This document shows positions 1 to 6,266 of a DNA stretch of 64,000 bases, piece after piece. Position 1 is the stretch's first letter, and each line of letters begins with the position of its first letter. The notes beneath the pieces were generated by a model. The model saw nothing but the letters and a program-made list of their open reading frames with translations. It ran no database searches and was not told the DNA's origin. The position numbers and the translations under genes are program-made. This stretch comes from Escherichia coli (lineage in GTDB: Bacteria > Pseudomonadota > Gammaproteobacteria > Enterobacterales > Enterobacteriaceae): NCBI RefSeq assembly GCF_030013595.1, contig NZ_CP122768.1. One strand, 5' to 3'.

Positions 1-115
1 TGTTCGGTTGCTGCAGTCATACACTCCTGCATTGTCCTGTGAACACTGTCTGCAATATCAACTGGCTCTCCGGAAACAAGAAAAACTGTCAGAACAAGCG
101 CAAATGCTGAATTCA
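1..115 (-). CDS. N-terminal part of a small secreted/membrane protein (YdfD-like by operon position); start at 115, continues beyond window start
   Basis: Reverse strand reads MNSAFALVLTVFLVSGEPVDIADSVHRTMQECMTAATE from an ATG overlapping the dicB stop (ATGA); identity inferred from remembered dicB-ydfD order. Confidence 0.45.
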
Positions 116-301
116 TTGTGTACATCCTTTTGGCATCAGACGTAAACGAGCCAGCATTGAAACAATGCATATTTTATTTAATAGCTCCCGTTCTTGTTTT
201 CTCTTGTTAATGGCATCTTCAGTAAATACAGGGTTACTGATAGTGACACCAATTTCAAAACAACCTTCAGACGTATTAACGTTTGGTAATAACGTTTTCA
301 T
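113..301 (-). CDS. dicB: Cell division inhibitor DicB (62 aa)
   Basis: Internal Met of the 113..406 ORF gives MKTLLPNVNTSEGCFEIGVTISNPVFTEDAINKRKQERELLNKICIVSMLARLRLMPKGCTQ, matching remembered DicB; lies downstream of DicF as expected. Confidence 0.8.
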   Translation of the reverse strand: MKTLLPNVNTSEGCFEIGVTISNPVFTEDAINKRKQERELLNKICIVSMLARLRLMPKGCTQ

Positions 302-470
302 TATCGCGTCCTCAACAATGAATTTTGTGATGCAGTGCCTGGTGCCTCCAGGTGACGTTAACCAGTTAACAATTAACGCCGGATACAGAGAATCCACCCA
401 TAACACTGTTTTTGGTTTTAACTGTTCCGCGTGCGCTTAGCCGCATTCACCGCATCACAAAATTCACTTT

Positions 471-528
471 AAAAACGGCGGCAGAGCAGTCACGGAGTAA
501 AACTGATACCGCCAAACGTCACCAGAAA
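471..528 (-). ncRNA. dicF: DicF small regulatory RNA
   Basis: Reverse complement of 471..528 is UUUCUGGUGACGUUUGGCGGUAUCAGUUUUACUCCGUGACUGCUCUGCCGCCGUUUUU, matching remembered DicF; GC stem plus U-run at 3' end; located between early ORFs and dicB. Confidence 0.75.
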
Positions 529-803
529 ATTGATAACAGAGGGCGTTGCAGCGGGGTTGTCACTTAAGCGTATGGTCAACCTGACAACTCGGTGTCCTCA
601 ACGGGGAAGGAATAACCCCGCCATACTTACCGCCGCGCCATTTCGCGGGTTGCCACAACCGGAAGCGCACGGTCGAATTAAATTTAACGACACCGTACAG
701 TGAGACGAACTTCGCCGTGCGCTTTCGTGTTGTGTGCCTGCTTTTAACCACGTCAGGCGAGGTGGTATCCTTCTTATCCCGAATAACCAAGAAGGAAATC
801 TAT

Positions 804-1004
804 ATGACTAAAGAAGAATTTGTCTCTTATATTTTTGATAAAAAGGTTGAAATGTATGCCGCTACTTACGGGTCCTGTAATCCTCTGAATAAACCAGAGG
901 GGAAAGATGATTTCGACAAAATTTACCGCTTCTTGGAGGACCGCTATATCAAAAGGTTAGAGGACGCAGGGATCAAATCCCCAGTGAAGTCACCATTGTC
1001 CTGA
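804..1004 (+). CDS. Hypothetical 66-aa protein, opposite orientation to the dicB operon
   Basis: ATG at 804 preceded by AAGGAA Shine-Dalgarno; product MTKEEFVSYIFDKKVEMYAATYGSCNPLNKPEGKDDFDKIYRFLEDRYIKRLEDAGIKSPVKSPLS; no homolog recognised. Confidence 0.3.
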   Translation: MTKEEFVSYIFDKKVEMYAATYGSCNPLNKPEGKDDFDKIYRFLEDRYIKRLEDAGIKSPVKSPLS

Positions 1005-1338
1005 GAACTTGCAGGACGTCATGATCGTAACTTCCATCCAAACCGCGACGGCAAATTGCTTCTCGTATTACCGGAAGCAGTTCGCTGGAAATCTCGGTGC
1101 ATATTTCACCTGATAATACGCCTGGCTCAAGTGAGAATATTGGTGAACTTACGGTCTTGGTCTCGACAGTTTCAGAGTCAGTGCCAACATTATAAAGCTC
1201 AACGAAAGCGGTCTTGATTTTCCGGGCCAGATCTTTTGCTGGCTCGCTTGCAATATCTTTCCCGATTTCTCGCAGCACAGAATGCAATGTATGAGCTGCT
1301 GTTTTCTGTACATCAGACGGTAAATCTTTAAATTCCAT
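973..1338 (-). CDS. Hypothetical prophage early-operon protein (YdfB/YdfC position)
   Basis: 125-aa ORF (MEFKDLPSDVQK... from second Met) in the leftward operon downstream of the ydfA-like ORF; start 1338 or 1350. Confidence 0.5.
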   Translation of the reverse strand: MEFKDLPSDVQKTAAHTLHSVLREIGKDIASEPAKDLARKIKTAFVELYNVGTDSETVETKTVSSPIFSLEPGVLSGEICTEISSELLPVIREAICRRGLDGSYDHDVLQVLRTMVTSLGI

Positions 1339-1349
1339 CGTCAGCCTCA

Positions 1350-1502
1350 TCAGTCAGTGTTTCTGGCTAACCAGCAACGCGCGCCAGATTCGGTTTTAAA
1401 CGTTTTGCTTTTGGTATACGTCATCGCGGTGAACGTGCCGTCCTGGTTGGGGAACACGCCACATACCAGAGATTCGCTGTTGCCAAGATCGATAGTATCC
1501 AT
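1350..1502 (-). CDS. Small protein YdfA-like (50 aa)
   Basis: Internal Met of ORF 1350..1556 gives MDTIDLGNSESLVCGVFPNQDGTFTAMTYTKSKTFKTESGARCWLARNTD; first gene of the operon leftward of dicA. Confidence 0.5.
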   Translation of the reverse strand: MDTIDLGNSESLVCGVFPNQDGTFTAMTYTKSKTFKTESGARCWLARNTD

Positions 1503-1582
1503 GCTGACCTCATTTCCCCTTAACGCCGGGGTAGCGGAACTGTTTGCTGAGAACACCGTGCGGTGTCTTGATGGAAAGTAAT

Positions 1583-1633
1583 TTAGAATAACCTAACATA
1601 AGAGGCAAGTGTTTTTTGTTAGATTAGTCTAAC
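1583..1633. promoter_or_regulatory. Two palindromic operator-like sites (TTAG-N6-CTAA; GTTAGA-N4-TCTAAC) in the dicB-operon promoter region
   Basis: TTAGAATAACCTAA at 1583..1596 and GTTAGATTAGTCTAAC at 1618..1633, between dicA stop and the leftward operon start. Confidence 0.5.
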
Positions 1634-1670
1634 AAAAAGAGTGGGCGCAACTAATCACTTGAAAAGAATG

Positions 1671-2078
1671 TTATTTTATTGATTTATTTTTACGCGCTTT
1701 AAGCATTTCTTCGAAGAGTTTGTTGAAGTTTTCTACTCTTGCGCGCATTTCAGACAGCAAGGCTTCCTGCTCGGAAGATGGAAGAGCATCGAATAATTCG
1801 ATCAATTCTTTGTGGTTGGGAGTTAGCTCTGTTTCCACATGAAGTTCTTGTGCCGGCACTGGTGCCTTGTCTTCGTCACCAAACATTAGCCATGTAGGTG
1901 AGCACTTCAGAGCATCCGCTAAAGCAAACAATCGTTTTCCGACTGGCTGGGTTTCGTCTCTTTCCCATTGTGAAATTGTGACGTGAGCAACCCCAGCGAG
2001 GCGCGCAGCTTCTCGTTGTGTTAAGCGTAATTCTTTTCGTCGCGCCAGAACTCGCTGGCCTAGGGTTCTTGTATCCAT
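1671..2078 (-). CDS. dicA: Repressor DicA (HTH, XRE family, 135 aa)
   Basis: Full-length similarity to remembered DicA (..TISQWERDETQPVGKRLFALADALKCSPTWLMFGDEDK.. ..MRARVENFNKLFEEMLKARKN..); divergent from a Cro-like gene. Confidence 0.85.
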   Translation of the reverse strand: MDTRTLGQRVLARRKELRLTQREAARLAGVAHVTISQWERDETQPVGKRLFALADALKCSPTWLMFGDEDKAPVPAQELHVETELTPNHKELIELFDALPSSEQEALLSEMRARVENFNKLFEEMLKARKNKSIK

Positions 2079-2080
2079 AG

Positions 2081-2144
2081 TTAGGTAATTCTAATTTTTC
2101 TTGACTTAGGTATCCCGCGCACAATAATGTTAGAAAAGTCTAAC
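2081..2144. promoter_or_regulatory. Divergent dicA/dicC promoter-operator region
   Basis: Palindromes TTAGGTAATTCTAA (2081..2094) and GTTAGAAAAGTCTAAC (2129..2144); candidate rightward promoter TTGACT (2101..2106), 17-bp spacer, ATAATG (2124..2129). Confidence 0.55.
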
Positions 2145-2158
2145 AATAGGAGGCTTTG

Positions 2159-2386
2159 ATGCTTAAAGCTGACGCAATTACTTTTTTTGGCAGCAAAACA
2201 AAGCTTGCCAATGCCGCAGGAGTGAGACTGGCAAGTGTTGCTGCTTGGGGGATACTGGTTCCTGAAGGTCGCGCGATGCGTCTACAGGAGGCATCTGGCG
2301 GGGAGCTTCAGTATGATCCCAAAGTTTATGACGAATATCGTAAGACGAAGCGGGCGGGGCGGTTGAACAATGAAAATCACTCCTGA
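2159..2386 (+). CDS. dicC: Cro-like regulator DicC
   Basis: ATG 6 nt after AGGAGG; 75 aa (MLKADAITFFGSKTKLANAAGVRLASVAAWG...); divergent from dicA. Confidence 0.7.
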   Translation: MLKADAITFFGSKTKLANAAGVRLASVAAWGILVPEGRAMRLQEASGGELQYDPKVYDEYRKTKRAGRLNNENHS

Positions 2387-2891
2387 ACAGGCTCGTGAGG
2401 CTCTGGATGCCTGGATATGTCGACCAGGAATGACACAGGAGCAGGCGACGATATTAATCACTGAAGCATTCTGGGCTTTGAAAGAGCGCCCGAACATCGA
2501 TGTTCAGCGTGTCACAGATGAAGGTGGCGCGGTTGATCAGCGAGCGCTTGGCGTTAATCGAGTGAAGATATTCGAACGCTGGAAGGCTATCGACACTAGG
2601 GATAAGCGTGAAAAGTTCACGGCGCTAGTGCCTGCAATTATGGAGGCTATCCGGATTAATGATTTCAGGTTGTATCGTGAAATTAGTGACGGAAAAAGCA
2701 TCACGTACATGATCGCCGGGTTAAACAAAGAATATGGCGATGTGGTGGAGTCCGGACTGCTTTTTGCTGATCCTGCCGTAGTGGATCGTGAAACTGACGA
2801 ACTTATAGAAAAAGCAATTGCTTTCAAACTTGCGTATCGACTGCAATACCAACAAAAAGCTGGATGGAATTATGAGCCTTCTTTTTGCTGA
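2370..2891 (+). CDS. YdaT-like prophage regulatory protein (CII-position protein)
   Basis: 173-aa ORF directly after the cro-like gene, overlapping its stop; resembles the YdaT family from memory. Confidence 0.55.
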   Translation: MKITPEQAREALDAWICRPGMTQEQATILITEAFWALKERPNIDVQRVTDEGGAVDQRALGVNRVKIFERWKAIDTRDKREKFTALVPAIMEAIRINDFRLYREISDGKSITYMIAGLNKEYGDVVESGLLFADPAVVDRETDELIEKAIAFKLAYRLQYQQKAGWNYEPSFC

Positions 2892-3837
2892 ACGCCCACT
2901 GGTTATAAACACACAGCTTGCGATGAAGATTGGCTTAAATGAAGCCATTGTGTTGCAGCAGTTGCATTACTGGTTGAGAGATACCAATTCCGGCATGGAA
3001 TGTGATGGTGTTCGCTGGATTTACAACACAACGGAACAATGGCTGGAACAGTTCCCATTCTGGCCAGAGTCAACGTTAAAGCGCGCGTTTGCAAGTCTGA
3101 AAACGCTGGGGCTTTTGCGTTGTGAAAAGCTCAATAAATCAAAGCGCGATATGACCAATTTCTACACGATCAACTATGGGAGCGAGCTTTTAGATGGTGG
3201 CAAATTGAACGAATCCATCGGTTCAAAATGCGCCGCTCCATCAGGTCAAAATGACACGATGGAAGAGGTCAAAATGAAACGCTCCATTGGTTCAAAACGA
3301 CCCAATGTCATCGGGTCAAAATGGCCTGATGATCTTACAGAGAATACAACAGAGATTACTACAGAGAATAAAAACACTTTTCGTCCGGAAGCTTCGCAAC
3401 CGGACCCGCAGACCGCTGAACAGGATTTTTTAACCCGGAACCCCGACGCGGTTGTGTTTAGTGCGAAAAAACGCCAGTGGGGTAGCAGGGAGGATTTGGC
3501 GTGTGCGCAGTGGATTTGGGGGCGGATCGTGAACCTTTACGAACAGGCTGCCAGCGACGATGGAGAGATCATGCGACCAAAAGAGCCTAACTGGACAGCC
3601 TGGGCCAATGACGTGCGCACAATGCGGATGCTGGATGGCAGAAGCCACAGACAAATTTGCGAAATGTTTGGTCGGGTACAGCGAGATCCATTCTGGGTAA
3701 AAAACATCATGAGCCCGTCAAAACTCCGCGAAAAATGGGACGAACTGGTCATCCGCTTGGGACGTTCACCTGTACAGCGTTGTGTGAATCATATTTCTGA
3801 ACCGGATACAGAAATTCCGCCTGGTTTCAGGGGATAA
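2872..3837 (+). CDS. Replication initiation protein, lambda O-like
   Basis: Position after cro/cII-like genes; contains iteron-like DNA repeats internally (translated as repeated IGSK motifs), as in lambda O/ori; start at MSLLFAERP. Confidence 0.65.
   Translation: MSLLFAERPLVINTQLAMKIGLNEAIVLQQLHYWLRDTNSGMECDGVRWIYNTTEQWLEQFPFWPESTLKRAFASLKTLGLLRCEKLNKSKRDMTNFYTINYGSELLDGGKLNESIGSKCAAPSGQNDTMEEVKMKRSIGSKRPNVIGSKWPDDLTENTTEITTENKNTFRPEASQPDPQTAEQDFLTRNPDAVVFSAKKRQWGSREDLACAQWIWGRIVNLYEQAASDDGEIMRPKEPNWTAWANDVRTMRMLDGRSHRQICEMFGRVQRDPFWVKNIMSPSKLREKWDELVIRLGRSPVQRCVNHISEPDTEIPPGFRG
3219..3324 (+). repeat. Putative replication origin iterons (about five copies of GGTCAAAATG-like repeat)
   Basis: cGGTTCAAAATG 3219..3230, GGTCAAAATG 3244..3253 and 3267..3276, GGTTCAAAACG 3289..3299, GGGTCAAAATGG 3314..3324, inside the O-like gene. 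Confidence 0.6.
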
Positions 3838-3877
3838 GTGTTGATTTCAGGTCATGAGGTAATTTTAAGGAGGACTT

Positions 3878-4273
3878 GTGGCAAAAGTTTTTACACAGGA
3901 AGAGCGGGAAAAAATTAAAGAGCAGGTGGTCGAACTTGTGCGCCAGAGCGGTCGCGAGACATTACGACAGTTGGAAGCTAAAACAGGTGCGACAAGATAT
4001 CTGATGAGCATTCTTGCCAGAGAGCTGGTTGCCAGTGGTTATGTATACAACTCCGGCTACGGGTTATTCCCGTCTGAACAGGCACGAAAGGACTGGCAAA
4101 ATGCCCGCAAAAAACTCTCTAGGGCGAAGGTGAAGAAACCCGCTGTGGTTGATCCGGACCTTATCTGGTCACTACCTGATGGAGAAATACGTCGCTACGA
4201 CAGTCGTCTAAACATAATCTGTCGCGAGTGCCGGAAGAGCGAAGTTATGCAGCGCATATTGTCGTTTTATTAG
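3878..4273 (+). CDS. Hypothetical 131-aa protein at the position where a helicase loader (P/DnaC) would be expected
   Basis: GTG start 4 nt after TAAGGAGG; no Walker motif seen; function unknown. Confidence 0.5.
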   Translation: MAKVFTQEEREKIKEQVVELVRQSGRETLRQLEAKTGATRYLMSILARELVASGYVYNSGYGLFPSEQARKDWQNARKKLSRAKVKKPAVVDPDLIWSLPDGEIRRYDSRLNIICRECRKSEVMQRILSFY

Positions 4274-4615
4274 GGAAATGTTCGGTATCTATTTAAGTGA
4301 CGAGATTAAAGTGCATTAGTTAAGATGTAAATTGACATTTTCATGGCATAGGGTAGAGGTAGCGTGGTTGTCTGCTTTGTGCCATGAACTGATGTCGCTT
4401 GTGTGCGTGGCAATTAGTGTATAACGGATATCATCAGACTCCAGCAGTAGCATTGCTTGAGCATACTAACATATGAAATCTTTAGTTAACGTAAGATAAA
4501 TTAGATTTAGTTTTTTTGAGTATGAGCTCATAAATAATCAAAAAAACTTGATACGCCATATGACTTTGATTTATTTTGGGAAAATATAAAGGTAATGTAA
4601 TGTAAAGAGGAAAAT

Positions 4616-6103
4616 GTGGACATTAGAGACTGGCTACCAGAATTTCAAGTTTCAGCAGAAACAGATCGGGACTTACAGACCTATTTTTTTAAGCTACCGG
4701 CGATAAAGGATATTATTGAAAGTAGGGCTTGGTTGGTTCTTGGAAGAAAAGGTACTGGTAAAACAGCCATTTATGAACACCTTAGAAGAGGAAAACCAGC
4801 CAATCTCAACGGGTTTTACTCAGTATGTCTAAATTTTAGTGACTATCCATGGCCAGCCCATCAACTTTACAAGGATGCAATGGCTGGAGAACTTTCCGCT
4901 TATCAAAAAAGTTGGATGTATCTTTTTTATATTAAGGCATTATCTAAACTTATTGAAATAAAAAATGATGCTGGAGAGACTTTAAACAAAGATCTAACGT
5001 GGGCACATAATTATATCAAAACTATCTTTGGTAGTCCCGACCCAACTCTTAGGGAGGTTTTGTTTTCAAAAATAACCAGATTAAAAACCATAAAAGGGCC
5101 CAGTGCTGGTCTTAATGAAGTATCATTGGACGCAGGTGAAATTTCGTTAGAGGAAGTTGCTGAGAATGCTCAGCTAAAGCAAAAGCTAAGAGCTAATGCT
5201 TTCACATTGCTTACGTATTTTGAAAAAATTTTTAAAGATAACATTGGTAATGAAAAAATAATTATCGCCCTTGACCAATTAGACGAAAACTGGCTAGAGG
5301 GGCAAATTGAAGAATATAGTAAGGTTTTAATAAATCTGCTAAATGTCTGTAGAAACATAGCATCTGATGAACGCCTCAATGATAAATTAAAAGTCATTCC
5401 CTTCCTACGAACGGATATTTATCATTCTTTGAAATTCAATGATAAAAACAAATTATTGCAAGATAGTGCTATCATAATCTCATGGAATGAAAATAATCTA
5501 AACGATATGTATTATGAGAGGATAAAGAAATACAAACCTAATGATCTCATATTAGATGACGAAAAGGACAGATCTGGGAAAGTATTTGAGGTTTCATTCG
5601 TTAGGCAGGGGACTCCTCCATTTAAATATATATGTCGCCGTTCTTTCTTTAGGCCTAGGGATATTATTGTCTACTTCAACAAAATTAGGGCATGTCATAA
5701 AAATAATGTCTCAGGTCTTTACACTTCCAATGAGCTTTATGAAGCTGACCGTGAAGCATCTATAAGTGTGTACAATGAGGTGATTGATGAATGGTCCAAC
5801 CAATTCCCTGAAATTGAGAACTTACTAACTGTTCTTCAAACTATCCAAGTAGAAACATTCGATTTTAATGATTTCTCCGAGAAGTGCCGTAATGAATTTG
5901 CAGGTATTTCTGATGGGGTGATACGTCAATATATCAACTTCCTGTTTGATAACTCACTTATCGGACAAAAAAAACAAGGTAGATGGGAATACGTAAGTAG
6001 TTTGCCTAACTTAAAAATTAATCTACAAAATGAGTTTAGGACACATCATGCTTTAAAATACAGGTTGCATTTAATAGAAAGCAGACCGAGCCAAAATATT
6101 TAG
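4616..6103 (+). CDS. AAA+/STAND-like P-loop NTPase (495 aa), AT-rich moron; candidate defence gene
   Basis: GTG start 6 nt after AAGAGG; Walker A GRKGTGKT (4742..4765); Walker B-like IIIALDQLDE (5258..5287); AT-rich codon usage unlike flanking phage genes. Confidence 0.8.
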   Translation: MDIRDWLPEFQVSAETDRDLQTYFFKLPAIKDIIESRAWLVLGRKGTGKTAIYEHLRRGKPANLNGFYSVCLNFSDYPWPAHQLYKDAMAGELSAYQKSWMYLFYIKALSKLIEIKNDAGETLNKDLTWAHNYIKTIFGSPDPTLREVLFSKITRLKTIKGPSAGLNEVSLDAGEISLEEVAENAQLKQKLRANAFTLLTYFEKIFKDNIGNEKIIIALDQLDENWLEGQIEEYSKVLINLLNVCRNIASDERLNDKLKVIPFLRTDIYHSLKFNDKNKLLQDSAIIISWNENNLNDMYYERIKKYKPNDLILDDEKDRSGKVFEVSFVRQGTPPFKYICRRSFFRPRDIIVYFNKIRACHKNNVSGLYTSNELYEADREASISVYNEVIDEWSNQFPEIENLLTVLQTIQVETFDFNDFSEKCRNEFAGISDGVIRQYINFLFDNSLIGQKKQGRWEYVSSLPNLKINLQNEFRTHHALKYRLHLIESRPSQNI

Positions 6104-6266
6104 CTTACATCCATCTCCATTAAGAAATCTTGCTATTGTTCTTATGGATCGTCTTTCTGACTGATTTCATATTGGCGAGGTAAAGGTAGTTAAGTAGAAT
6201 GGCTGCGGGTGCTTGAGGCTATCTGCCTCGGGCATGAACACCAAAGGCAGATAGAGAAAAGCCCCA

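Noticed and set aside
560-790. 76-aa minus-strand ORF between DicF and the early ORF
   Set aside because: No Shine-Dalgarno sequence, Arg/Lys-rich low-complexity product; the region more likely is untranslated precursor of DicF.
5170-5765. Small ORFs antisense or in alternative frames within the NTPase gene
   Set aside because: Typical of AT-rich sequence; the long NTPase frame with Walker motifs explains the region.
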